Notes under the pieces: model-generated
What the model was told of the DNA's origin: nothing
Database searches by the model: none
The model's input: only the letters and a program-made list of their open reading frames with translations
Program-made: the position numbers and the translations under genes
Shown: one piece after another, positions 1 to 8,200 of the stretch
Position numbering within the stretch: position 1 is the stretch's first letter
How the letters are laid out: every line of letters starts with the position of its first letter
DNA from: Candidatus Brocadiales bacterium
GTDB taxonomy: Bacteria; Planctomycetota; Brocadiia; Brocadiales; Bathyanammoxibiaceae
Assembly: GCA_030586765.1 (NCBI GenBank)
Contig: JAUQZZ010000001.1
Location: forward strand, 1 to 49,644
Direction: 5' to 3'
DNA: 49,644 bases

Positions 1-1698
1 CTTCAAGGGTACGTGGGCAGGAAGGGGGTCAAGACCCTCTGCCTCCATCTTCCTGGAATAGAATTCTATCTTCCCTGAAGGGGTGGGGAAGTGCCCATTA
101 CAAAAGGGCACATAAGGGGTAGCGGACACCTTTATAGGGACAAAGCCCTCTTCTTTGAGGCGGTCTAGGGTTATTCCTTCAATACAGGGATGCCCAACAC
201 CAAGGGCCTCCTCAATCACATCCCAAGTGGAGTAAGAGAAACATCTATCCTTAAAGCCCATGGCCCTGGCCAGCAGGCTGAAGACCTCTAGATTAGATTT
301 GCACTCCCCAAGGGGTTCTATGGCCTGCTGGCTCAACTGCAGGCTCAGATGGAAGTAAGAGGCGTGAAGGTCTACCTGTTCAAACTGTGTAGTAGCTGGA
401 AGCAGTATGTCGGCATGGTATGCAGTATCAGTGAAGAATTGTTCATGTACCACTGTAAAGAGTTCTGGCCTCCCTAGAGCTTTTATTAATTTGTTCTGAT
501 TAAAGAGCACAGCCATGGGGTTGGCATTAAAGATATAGAGCCCCATGACCCTGGGGCTACCATTAAGAAGGACGTCGCCCAACTGGTTCATGTTAATTCG
601 GCGAGGAGGGTTGGGCCTGAGCTCCTGCCCATCCAATTCATCCCAGCTTACAGGGAAGACAGTGCTGGTGGGGAAAAATATTCCCCCTCCTGGCCGACCC
701 CAGGCCCCTGCCAGGGCAGGGAGACAGGCAATGGTCCTGACCATCATTCCACCGTTGGTATGATGCTGCATCCCTGAGCCCAGGTATATAAAGGAGGGCC
801 GTCTCTGGGCATAGAGCCTGGCAAAATCTTTTATCTCCTCAGCACTAATGCCTGTGAGTTTCTCTACCCTAGAGGGTGGATATTCCTCTAGCCTCTGACA
901 TAACTTATCGAAGCCCAGGGTGTTCTTTTCTACGAAGTCCCTGTCGTAAAGGCCCTCTTTCACGATGACGTGCATCATTCCCAGGGCAAGGGCGGCATCG
1001 CTTCCAGGGTGGGGCTGCAGGAATACATCGGCCACTTCCGCCCCTTTGACCCTATAGGGATTTATGACTGCATAGAGGGCATCCTGGTCTCTCGCCTCCC
1101 TCAGGAGGGGAAGCTGGTGGACATTGGTAGAGAAGGTATTAGTCCCCCAGGAGATTACCAGCTTAGAGTGGGGAATGCCTCTTGGGTCGGCCCCCTCAGA
1201 GCTTCCCATGGTGTATTGGTAGCCTATGCGGCCTGCCTTCGTACAGATGGTGCGATCAAGCTGTGGGGAGCCCAGCCTGTTGAAGAAGCGCTTGCCAGCT
1301 ACCTTCCCGTGCACTATCCCCAGGGTTCCAGACCCATAGTAGGGCATTATAGCCTGGGGTCCCTCCTGGGCAATAATCCTCTGAAAGTTTGATGCGATAG
1401 TTCCAACGGCCTCCTCCCACGTAATCCTTTCAAAGGAACCTGAACCCCTGGACCCCTTCCTCTTCATGGGATAGAGGACCCTGTCGGGGCTATACACCCT
1501 TTCAGGATAGTGCCTCGCCTTGGGGCAGAGAAGTCCTCTGGTGATAGGGTGACGTGGATCGCCTTCCACCCCCACGAGCCTACCATCTCTTACATGGGCA
1601 AGGATACCGCATACATCAGGACAGTCCAGGGGGCAAACGCATCGAATGAGCCTCTCTCCAGTAACCTTCTCAGGCTTCTTTTCCTGTAAAGGCATCAT
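1..1698 (-). CDS. Molybdopterin (bis-MGD) oxidoreductase, MopB superfamily. N-terminal 566 aa only; the 3' end lies beyond the left window edge.
   Basis: Not in the ORF track because it has no stop in the window. I read all 566 in-frame triplets on the minus strand and found no stop. It starts ATGATG at 1698. The translation MMPLQEKKPEKVTGERLIRCVCPLDCPDVCGILAHVRDGRLVGVEGDPRHPITRGLLCPKARH has the N-terminal Fe-S Cys cluster typical of MopB enzymes, followed by ...VISWGTNTFSTNVH... and ...GSDAALALGMMHVI... . There is no twin-arginine signal, so it is probably cytoplasmic. Confidence 0.8.
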   Translation of the reverse strand, partial: MMPLQEKKPEKVTGERLIRCVCPLDCPDVCGILAHVRDGRLVGVEGDPRHPITRGLLCPKARHYPERVYSPDRVLYPMKRKGSRGSGSFERITWEEAVGTIASNFQRIIAQEGPQAIMPYYGSGTLGIVHGKVAGKRFFNRLGSPQLDRTICTKAGRIGYQYTMGSSEGADPRGIPHSKLVISWGTNTFSTNVHQLPLLREARDQDALYAVINPYRVKGAEVADVFLQPHPGSDAALALGMMHVIVKEGLYDRDFVEKNTLGFDKLCQRLEEYPPSRVEKLTGISAEEIKDFARLYAQRRPSFIYLGSGMQHHTNGGMMVRTIACLPALAGAWGRPGGGIFFPTSTVFPVSWDELDGQELRPNPPRRINMNQLGDVLLNGSPRVMGLYIFNANPMAVLFNQNKLIKALGRPELFTVVHEQFFTDTAYHADILLPATTQFEQVDLHASYFHLSLQLSQQAIEPLGECKSNLEVFSLLARAMGFKDRCFSYSTWDVIEEALGVGHPCIEGITLDRLKEEGFVPIKVSATPYVPFCNGHFPTPSGKIEFYSRKMEAEGLDPLPAHVPLK

Positions 1699-2987
1699 CC
1701 AGCCTTCCCACTAGAGGACTTATTCTTAAAAATTTCCCCTATTAGTATAAGAATGTAGATACTGCACCCTATGGCCGCTGCCCAGAGGAACCATAGATGC
1801 TTGTTAAACAATACGAATGCCAGGAGTGCAAGATAGAAATTATCTTCATTTGCAATCATGCGTAAAGGAGTGGCAGCGCTGGGGGCAACTATAACATCGG
1901 ACTTTTTCACTGAATGGACATAAAAATCCAGATTAGAATTGATAAAGGCCGCCAGGGTAGCAGCTATTCCAACTGCAAGGGTGTGAGGTTCTGGAGTGTG
2001 ACGGTAAAGCGCCACAGCTATACTCAAAAGGACGCCACTATATATAATGCTATCACATATTGAATCCAGCCAGGCCCCCATACTGGACTGCATAAATTTT
2101 AGCCTGGCAACCTCACCGTCAGAAAGGTCAACGATTACCGAGGCATGAAAGACAAGCACCCCAAAGACCGCATACCAGTATCCACCGTGCCAGAAGAACC
2201 AGCAGGCCACAAGACCTATGAGAAGACTCAGCAGGGTCACCTGATTGGGGGTAACAGGCATCCTCACCAGAAGGCTGGTTAAAAGGCCAGAGAGCCTGCG
2301 GTTAACATAAACAGCTAATGGGCTATCAGAGGATAATCCCAGGAGGCCGTATAATCTCTTACTGGACTCCTTCAGGGCCTCTACAGAGGTTATCTCCATA
2401 CATAAGTCCTGGGTCACATCCAGGGCCTTAACCTTTCCCCTCTGGAGTAGGGCACCGATTAATCCACAGAGGTCTCCCGGGGCCTTAGGGCCACTCAATA
2501 GGTCCCTAGCCACCTCTGGCCTCACCAGTATCAGACCTGCTGTAGTCCCATGGGCCTCTGCCAGCTCCTCTCTAGCAATCAATATCTCGTCCCCCTTTAG
2601 CTGGATGGAGCATCCCGCGCCCCCTTTCGTGCCTCTTCTAACGGCCACACAGGCCACCTCATCTTGGAGCTCCAGATTCATCAGTCTTTCTACAAGATTA
2701 GGGTCAAAGACTGTCTCTGCCTTGATAATCATCAACGCACTGCCCAGGTCTTCCCTAAGGATACCAGGAGGTATGAAACCGTCTGCCCAATGGAAGGTTG
2801 CGCGTACCCTGCTATCCTCAGAAACTGTAGCCTTTAGTCTCTCCTGGGAATCCCTGGCCAGGATGATAAATTCCTCTATGCCTCCCTTTTGGGCAGAAAG
2901 CACGGTGCGTTGGAAGAGGGGCATGCTCACGCAGTCCTCCAGGGCCCACCTGGGAGCCGACACGAGGATCAGGGCAACCCTGGTCAT
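1695..2987 (-). CDS. Fusion protein: a degenerate nucleotidyltransferase-like N-domain plus a C-terminal CDP-alcohol phosphatidyltransferase membrane domain.
   Basis: The exact CDP-alcohol transferase signature is present: DGEVARLKFMQSSMGAWLDSICD (DGx2ARx8Gx3Dx3D). Hydrophobic helices follow it. The N-terminal ~210 aa look like a GT-A/NTP-transferase fold but carry ALILVSAPRW in place of the GxGxR loop. The architecture resembles archaeal IPCT-DIPPS/AF2299-type proteins. The stop TGA overlaps the ATG of the downstream Mo-enzyme gene (ATGA). Confidence 0.8.
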   Translation of the reverse strand: MTRVALILVSAPRWALEDCVSMPLFQRTVLSAQKGGIEEFIILARDSQERLKATVSEDSRVRATFHWADGFIPPGILREDLGSALMIIKAETVFDPNLVERLMNLELQDEVACVAVRRGTKGGAGCSIQLKGDEILIAREELAEAHGTTAGLILVRPEVARDLLSGPKAPGDLCGLIGALLQRGKVKALDVTQDLCMEITSVEALKESSKRLYGLLGLSSDSPLAVYVNRRLSGLLTSLLVRMPVTPNQVTLLSLLIGLVACWFFWHGGYWYAVFGVLVFHASVIVDLSDGEVARLKFMQSSMGAWLDSICDSIIYSGVLLSIAVALYRHTPEPHTLAVGIAATLAAFINSNLDFYVHSVKKSDVIVAPSAATPLRMIANEDNFYLALLAFVLFNKHLWFLWAAAIGCSIYILILIGEIFKNKSSSGKAG

Positions 2988-3010
2988 AGTCGCAACACCA
3001 CTCCTCTAGT

Positions 3011-3066
3011 TACAGAGCTTGCTCTGCAAATTCCATATAGAGTCGAGCAAGCTCGACCACTACAGT
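3011..3066. repeat. REP-like double hairpin, family 2 (CTTG/CAAG tetraloop hairpins).
   Basis: Hairpins are cagag-cttg-ctctg (3013-3026) and gtcgag-caag-ctcgac (3042-3057). The second is followed by cactacag, which is a GTAG head on the minus strand. The same hairpin cores recur at 48083-48164. Confidence 0.55.
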
Positions 3067-3089
3067 AAAACTCTTGAGCTTCCTTCACG

Positions 3090-3848
3090 CTACTTCTCCC
3101 CCAACCTGGGCAATATCTCCCGCTCTGCCCGCTCTATATCTTCCAGAAAGTCTATCTCTATCCAGGGGGCACCCTCTACCTTCTCGAAGCCCACCTCACA
3201 GCGCCGTAGAAACCTATCCAGGGCCTCCTCATACTCAGCATCTAACCTGCCTTCTCCTACAAAATCCTCTAGCACCTCCCTCAAGACTGGGCAGTGTTGG
3301 GAAGAGAGTCTTAAGAAACCTACTCCTTCTCCCACGTACTGGGACTGGGTAGTGTTTTTCTTCGAGATGGCTATAACCCTGTCTCCCTGGGCGAAGAGCT
3401 TCATCTCCTCCCCTGAGTCAGTAAAATTCTCTTCCATTAGAAAGCAGCTGGGCTTAGGAGAATGAACGAGCCTCTCAAGGAGCACTGGATGGAAGAGTAC
3501 GTCTGCGTCCATAATGAGCACGTCACCTTTCAGCCTCTCTCTAGCACACCACAGAGAGGTTACGCTACCCCTGGTATAGTCCTGGTTAATAATGTAATGA
3601 AACTTGAGGCCTTTACCAAAGGTATTAAGCCTTTCAAGAATCATCTCCTTCAGGTGACCAAGGACAAAGGTTACGTCCTTTATCTCCAAGGCCCTTAAGG
3701 CGTCAAGGTACCTTTCCAGTAAGCTCTTCCCCCCTATCTCAATGAGGCACTTGGGCCTCTGCCCTGTCAGGGGCATAAGCCTCTTTCCTACCCCTGCGGC
3801 CAGGATTATAGCTTGCATTTGGTCCCTGCTACTATTGCTCCCAGACAC
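3090..3848 (-). CDS. Nucleotidylyltransferase, LicC/PntC-like (phosphocholine/aminoethylphosphonate cytidylyltransferase family).
   Basis: N-terminal AIILAAGVGKRLMPLTGQRPKCLIEIGGKSLL is the G-x-G-x-R NTP-transferase loop. The size is ~250 aa. It lies directly downstream of the PhnW-like gene. The true start may be the internal MQAIILAAG at 3818. Confidence 0.7.
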   Translation of the reverse strand: MSGSNSSRDQMQAIILAAGVGKRLMPLTGQRPKCLIEIGGKSLLERYLDALRALEIKDVTFVLGHLKEMILERLNTFGKGLKFHYIINQDYTRGSVTSLWCARERLKGDVLIMDADVLFHPVLLERLVHSPKPSCFLMEENFTDSGEEMKLFAQGDRVIAISKKNTTQSQYVGEGVGFLRLSSQHCPVLREVLEDFVGEGRLDAEYEEALDRFLRRCEVGFEKVEGAPWIEIDFLEDIERAEREILPRLGEK

Positions 3849-4906
3849 CCAAGGAAATCCTCTAACTCCCCAGGAGCAATCTGACCCATGTTAGCCACCC
3901 TAAAGACCTCGTGCTTTAACCGCTCCTGGCCCGCATATATGACGAAGCCCTTCTCCTTCAGACGGTCATGAAGGACTTGATATGTCATTCCATTGGGTAG
4001 GTAAAGGGAGGTAATGGTGTTAGAAAGGAGTTCTTCTGGCAGGAAGAATCTGAACCCTAGCTCCCTGAAGCCCTGCCTCAGGAGCTTTGAGGCCCTTTTA
4101 TACCGCGCAATACGCTGAGAGACGCCCTCTTCCAGGAGTTCTTCCAGAGCGGCCTCGAAGGCATAAAAGATAGGCACAGAGGGGGTAAAGGGCGTACTGC
4201 CCTTCTCCTGGCTTTCCCACTGGGAGGGCACATGGAAATATAGAGAGCGTGGGGGTATCTCCTTCATCCTCTCTAACTCCTGCCCCCTCAGGAGTAAGAA
4301 GGAAAGACCTGGCAACCCCTGAATACATTTGTTGGCCGACCCTATACATATATCTACATTACACCCTGCCAGGTCCAACTCTTCACCCCCCAGACCGCTA
4401 ATAGAGTCCAGGAGGAATACCTTACCGTATCTTCTAGAGACCTCGCCCATCTCCTTCACAGGGTTAATCAAGCCAGTAGAGGTCTCGTGATGGACCAAGG
4501 CAACAACCTGGACCTCTGGGTGGGTCTTCAATGTCTCCTCTACCTCAGCTATATCAGGTAACACCTTCCAGTCATAGGTAAGCTCAATCTTATTGAATTT
4601 ATAAATGGATGCTATGTGGGCCATTCTTTCCCCATAGACCCCGTTATTAATTACTAAAATAGTCTTCCCCTCTGCCAGGACCGAGGAGAGGGCAGCCTCC
4701 ATAGCAGCGGTGCCAGAACCTGTAAAGACAACAGAGGTGTAAGTATCTCCTGGAGCAAAGGCCTCCACCAGCATCTTGCGCACCTTCTTTTGAATCCTGG
4801 AGAATTCCTCCTCCCTGTGGCAGATATCACCCCTGGTCAAGGCATTTCTCACCCTATCGGAGACCAGCACAGGACCTGGATTTAGTAGTACCTGTCTCCT
4901 CTTCAA
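3806..4906 (-). CDS. phnW: Class V PLP aminotransferase, 2-aminoethylphosphonate:pyruvate transaminase-like.
   Basis: GSANKCIQGLPGLSFL (PLP lysine), RLKEKGFVIYAGQ and FRVANMG closely match my recollection of enterobacterial PhnW (SSANKCIQGVPGFAFV, RLKEQGFVIYPGK, FRIGNIG). It overlaps the upstream decarboxylase gene by 4 nt. Confidence 0.75.
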   Translation of the reverse strand: MKRRQVLLNPGPVLVSDRVRNALTRGDICHREEEFSRIQKKVRKMLVEAFAPGDTYTSVVFTGSGTAAMEAALSSVLAEGKTILVINNGVYGERMAHIASIYKFNKIELTYDWKVLPDIAEVEETLKTHPEVQVVALVHHETSTGLINPVKEMGEVSRRYGKVFLLDSISGLGGEELDLAGCNVDICIGSANKCIQGLPGLSFLLLRGQELERMKEIPPRSLYFHVPSQWESQEKGSTPFTPSVPIFYAFEAALEELLEEGVSQRIARYKRASKLLRQGFRELGFRFFLPEELLSNTITSLYLPNGMTYQVLHDRLKEKGFVIYAGQERLKHEVFRVANMGQIAPGELEDFLGCLGAIVAGTKCKL

Positions 4907-5472
4907 GGCTTGCTTCCTATGCTTTTCATAAATCTGTTTCTGATCTCCACTGGGCTATGCATTACCCTCTTTATCCCCTTCGGTTCCACCTCCGCCTCTA
5001 CCTTGGCAAGGAGAAAGACCGGGCCCCGTGCCTTAAGATACTGTCTTAGGGTGGGCCTAAGGGATTTTTCTTCTGTAATCTTCTTCACCACCAGGTATCC
5101 TGAAGACCTGGCGATCTTTTCAAGCCCCACCGCGCTGGATATGGTGCACTGGTTCCCTGTAGAGCCATAGACCTCGTTATCCAGTACTATATGAAGGAGA
5201 TTGGGGGGCAGGAGGGCGCCTATCTGGGGCAGTACCCCTAGATTCATAAGTACATTGCCATCGCCATCCAGTATCACCACCTTGCGTTTAGGTTGACTCA
5301 GGGCGAGACCCAGGGCAATAGAAGAGGCTAGACCCATGGAGCCTATCATATAAAAGTTCTCCGGCCTATCCCTAAGGGTAAAGGCCTCACGGGATATCCT
5401 GCCGTTGGCCGCTACCACTAGCTCACCCCTAACCATCTCCATAATAGTCTTCAGGGCACGGGTTATTCTCAT
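4903..5472 (-). CDS. Phosphonopyruvate (or sulfopyruvate) decarboxylase, beta subunit with the ThDP-binding site.
   Basis: ThDP motif ILDGDGNVLMNLGVLPQIGALLPPNLLHIVLDNEVYGSTG (GDG...N). It is 189 aa, the size of a ComE/Ppd C-terminal half. It overlaps the alpha subunit gene by 4 nt. Confidence 0.75.
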   Translation of the reverse strand: MRITRALKTIMEMVRGELVVAANGRISREAFTLRDRPENFYMIGSMGLASSIALGLALSQPKRKVVILDGDGNVLMNLGVLPQIGALLPPNLLHIVLDNEVYGSTGNQCTISSAVGLEKIARSSGYLVVKKITEEKSLRPTLRQYLKARGPVFLLAKVEAEVEPKGIKRVMHSPVEIRNRFMKSIGSKP

Positions 5473-5963
5473 TCCATCACCCCTTTGGGAAGGAGCAGGG
5501 CTACAGGTATTCTCTTCCTGGAGATAACCTTGCTAGACCATTCCACAGCCTCTTCTAGGTTCCGAGGGGTAAGCTTCTTGTAGGGGAGGTCTATAGAATC
5601 CAGGAGCCCTGTACAGGCCCTGCCCATAACCCAGTGTTCTGGCCAGTCTTTCCCTCTGTAACCCCTCCAGGTAACGATAAGCAAGCAGGGTATCTTGTAA
5701 ATGAGGTTGAGAGAGGACAGGGCGTTGAGACACTGGCCAAGGCCCGAATTCTGCATGAGCACACAGGGGGTCTTTCCCCCTAGATATGCCCCGGCAGCCA
5801 GGCCTACGGCAGCATCCTCCCTAACAGCAGGGATGTAAGGGACCTGGCGGTCTTTCTCAAGAAGGATTATAACATCACTGATGAGGGAGCAAGGAACCCC
5901 AGTAAAGAAATTATAACCCGCCTCCTTCAGGAGCTCTACAAATTCCTCAGCTCTCACATCCAA
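5469..5963 (-). CDS. Phosphonopyruvate (or sulfopyruvate) decarboxylase, alpha subunit.
   Basis: 164 aa. GYNFFTGVPCSLISD ... CVLMQNSGLGQCLNAL is typical of the N-terminal (pyrimidine-binding) half of Ppd/ComD-type ThDP decarboxylases. Confidence 0.75.
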   Translation of the reverse strand: MDVRAEEFVELLKEAGYNFFTGVPCSLISDVIILLEKDRQVPYIPAVREDAAVGLAAGAYLGGKTPCVLMQNSGLGQCLNALSSLNLIYKIPCLLIVTWRGYRGKDWPEHWVMGRACTGLLDSIDLPYKKLTPRNLEEAVEWSSKVISRKRIPVALLLPKGVME

Positions 5964-5970
5964 TACTCCT

Positions 5971-6846
5971 CTAGCAGGTAGAACTATCTCCAGGTCTTTT
6001 ATACTTCCTGTATATGTTCTCCCTTATAGCCGCCTCCAGTTCGTGGCAAAACTCTAACTCTCTATCTGCCCTCTGATACTCGTTTATTTCCATATACCTC
6101 ATGAAGTCCCTGATTCCCATATCTACCACCTCGTAGGGGATAGCGGGCATACCCGATTCCCCCAGGCGGATAATCATGGCCTTTATCAGGGCCTCTGGCT
6201 TGAGCCTCTTGTTCCAGACGGGTGAAGCTGCTATCTCCCTGCGGAAGATATCTATATTTTCCGGTTTGTAGAAGTCGGCGCGAAATCTCATGTAATCTAT
6301 GCTGGACCAAAATTCCCACTGGGCTGAGCAGTAGGAACAGTCAGGGAGAAAGACCTGGACGGGGTTATTCCATAGGTCGAAATATATATGGCTAAGGAGG
6401 CTAACGGCTGCACTCATCCTGTCTCTGCTGACGACCGCTACACTATTATCTCTTACTATGCGGCCAGCAACCTCAGCATGTTTAATAAATACAGGCGCCT
6501 CCTCGGCAATCCTCTTGTAGGCGTAGACCTTGTTCTCTATATTTCTCCGTTCCTCGAAGCCGTCGGCCTCTATAGCCCCTAGGCGTTGCCTTAGTTCCTG
6601 TATCTTTTCTTCTACCTTCTTGTTCAGGGCTGGAAAATCCCTCTTCTTTACCTCCTGAGAGGTAAAGAGCTCCATAGCCACGTCTAGAAATCCAGGTTGG
6701 TTGGACAATATATGGGCGTATACCCTGTGGAAGTGCGGAGGTTCCTTATCTATAACAGGGATTATAGAGTATATAGCAGTTCCCTTATCCAGACCGCAGC
6801 TCTCCAACAGTTTTGCGGAAAGTACTACATGCGTTCCCCAGTCCAT
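5971..6846 (-). CDS. Hypothetical 291-aa protein, first gene of the phosphonate-type operon. Possibly a metal-dependent hydrolase.
   Basis: It is a clean ORF with an 8-nt gap to the next gene. The N-terminus MDWGTHVVLSAKLL resembles the W-x-x-H zinc-ligand start of Zn-dependent phospholipase C / S1-P1 nuclease-type proteins. His-rich PPHFHRVYAHIL follows. There is no isocitrate-lyase/PEP-mutase-like motif. Confidence 0.45.
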   Translation of the reverse strand: MDWGTHVVLSAKLLESCGLDKGTAIYSIIPVIDKEPPHFHRVYAHILSNQPGFLDVAMELFTSQEVKKRDFPALNKKVEEKIQELRQRLGAIEADGFEERRNIENKVYAYKRIAEEAPVFIKHAEVAGRIVRDNSVAVVSRDRMSAAVSLLSHIYFDLWNNPVQVFLPDCSYCSAQWEFWSSIDYMRFRADFYKPENIDIFRREIAASPVWNKRLKPEALIKAMIIRLGESGMPAIPYEVVDMGIRDFMRYMEINEYQRADRELEFCHELEAAIRENIYRKYKRPGDSSTC

Positions 6847-6868
6847 GGTTCCCCCTTATTTAAGAAAC

Positions 6869-6897
6869 TTGACAATCGGCCCTTTCAAGGTTATAAG
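6869..6897 (+). promoter_or_regulatory. Candidate sigma-70 promoter facing the hpnI-like gene.
   Basis: TTGACA (6869-6874), a 17-nt spacer, then TATAAG (6892-6897). A second candidate is TTGACT (6983-6988), 15 nt, TATAAT (7004-7009). This is a motif match only. Confidence 0.35.
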
Positions 6898-6974
6898 ATA
6901 GATTGGTCTAAAGAAAAGCTTTGGGGGTGTCTCTCTTTACCCCTTTAATATCCTTTCTAATCCTGAATATAATA

Positions 6975-7003
6975 TCTATATTTTGACTTTGAAGGATTGT
7001 CAA
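6975..7003 (-). promoter_or_regulatory. Candidate sigma-70 promoter facing the phosphonate-type operon.
   Basis: On the minus strand: TTGACA (7003-6998), a 17-nt spacer, then TATAGA (6980-6975). Its -35 is part of a 9-bp inverted repeat with the plus-strand -35 (TTGACAATC at 6869-6877 / GATTGTCAA at 6995-7003). Confidence 0.3.
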
Positions 7004-7033
7004 TATAATTCTTAAATACTCCTGAGTATCCCT

Positions 7034-8188
7034 ATGATAGTCTCCTTCCTCAAGCCCCTTACGGCACTAATAGTCATGACCTCCTCCCTATACTATATAC
7101 TCTCCCTTCTTTGTACCATTAGTTTCTTCAGGAAAAGACCAGACCTAGGGGACTACTTACCCCCTGTCACAGTACTAAAGCCTCTGAATGGGACGGAGAG
7201 CGGAATCTATGAGAACCTCCTCAGCCATGTAACCCAGGACTACCCTCGCTACCAGATAATCTTTGGCGTCAATAACCTCGAAGACCCCGTCATCCCTGTG
7301 GTAAAAAGGCTGCAGGGAGAGTTCCCCGAGAAAGACATCCAGCTGGTTGCCTCGGGGAAGATTATAGGCTACAACCTTAAGGTCTGCAACTTAAACAATA
7401 TGTATGAGCAGGCAAAATATGATGTAGTGGTTATGAACGATAGCGACACGCGAGTGGAGCCGGATTATCTGAAGAGGGTAATATCTCCCCTTAAAGACCC
7501 TAAGGTTGGCGCCACTACCTGTCTGTATAAGGCCAATGGTGCCTTTAGCTTCCCCTCCACGCTAGAATCCCTTTTCACCAACGTAGATTACATGCCCTCA
7601 GCGCTGGTAGCCCGAATGCTGGGGTTTAATTTCTGTTTTGGTTCCACCATTGCCATAAGGAAAAAGGTGCTGGAAGAGATTGGGGGGTTCCCTTCACTGG
7701 CAGACTATCTGGCAGAGGACTACATAATAGGCGAAAGGGTAATCAAGGCAGGCTACCAGGTGCATCTCTCAGACTACGTGGTACCCAACATATTACAAAA
7801 CTGGGGCCTTGTGGACTATACTAAACATATCCTGAGGTGGGTAAGCACCATCAAGAGTTGCCGTCCCAAGGGCTACTTCTTTAGAATTTTCACTATGGGC
7901 ACCCCTTTCTCCATAATCTACTTAGTAATAAGTGGATTTTCCAACTTTGCCCTGGCCCTATTCCTCTTTCACCTGTTTACAAGATACCTCACCGCCCTGG
8001 TAGTCAAAGTGAAATACCTTAAAGAAAAAGGGGGGGTCGGCTACTTCTGCCTATTGCCTATAACAGACCTTATAATCTTTTTCATCTGGTGCTGGGGACT
8101 CTTCAAGAATAAGATTACCTGGCGAGGGAATACCTTTTACCTCGTTAGGGGGGGAAAGTTGGTAAAAGATGGCTCTGATTCCCTCTAG
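7034..8188 (+). CDS. hpnI: GT2/GT21 membrane glycosyltransferase, HpnI-like / ceramide-glucosyltransferase-like.
   Basis: PPVTVLKPLNGTESGIYENLLSHVTQDYPRYQIIFGVNNLEDP...KVCNLNNMYEQAKYDVVVMNDSDTRV runs parallel to the glucosylceramide synthase/HpnI family core (LKPLKG...DYPKYE...). Transmembrane segments sit at the N- and C-termini. Confidence 0.7.
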   Translation: MIVSFLKPLTALIVMTSSLYYILSLLCTISFFRKRPDLGDYLPPVTVLKPLNGTESGIYENLLSHVTQDYPRYQIIFGVNNLEDPVIPVVKRLQGEFPEKDIQLVASGKIIGYNLKVCNLNNMYEQAKYDVVVMNDSDTRVEPDYLKRVISPLKDPKVGATTCLYKANGAFSFPSTLESLFTNVDYMPSALVARMLGFNFCFGSTIAIRKKVLEEIGGFPSLADYLAEDYIIGERVIKAGYQVHLSDYVVPNILQNWGLVDYTKHILRWVSTIKSCRPKGYFFRIFTMGTPFSIIYLVISGFSNFALALFLFHLFTRYLTALVVKVKYLKEKGGVGYFCLLPITDLIIFFIWCWGLFKNKITWRGNTFYLVRGGKLVKDGSDSL

Positions 8189-8200
8189 TTATCAATCGTT

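Noticed and set aside
545-1392. Plus-strand track ORFs 545-763 and 970-1392.
   Set aside because: They are antisense to the open 566-codon molybdoenzyme frame, and their translations have no recognisable motifs.
1-1698. The idea that the Mo-enzyme gene is missing from the ORF track because of an in-frame TGA (selenocysteine) or a pseudogene lesion.
   Set aside because: I checked every in-frame triplet and found no stop of any kind. The ORF is simply open-ended at the window edge. The putative Mo-ligand region reads DRTICTKAG, with Cys rather than a TGA codon.
5971-6846. The 291-aa ORF as the missing PEP mutase, since its size and position would fit.
   Set aside because: The sequence has none of the isocitrate-lyase/PEP-mutase superfamily character, such as an N-terminal ...EAHNGLSA...-type block. 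Its N-terminus looks like a metal-hydrolase instead.
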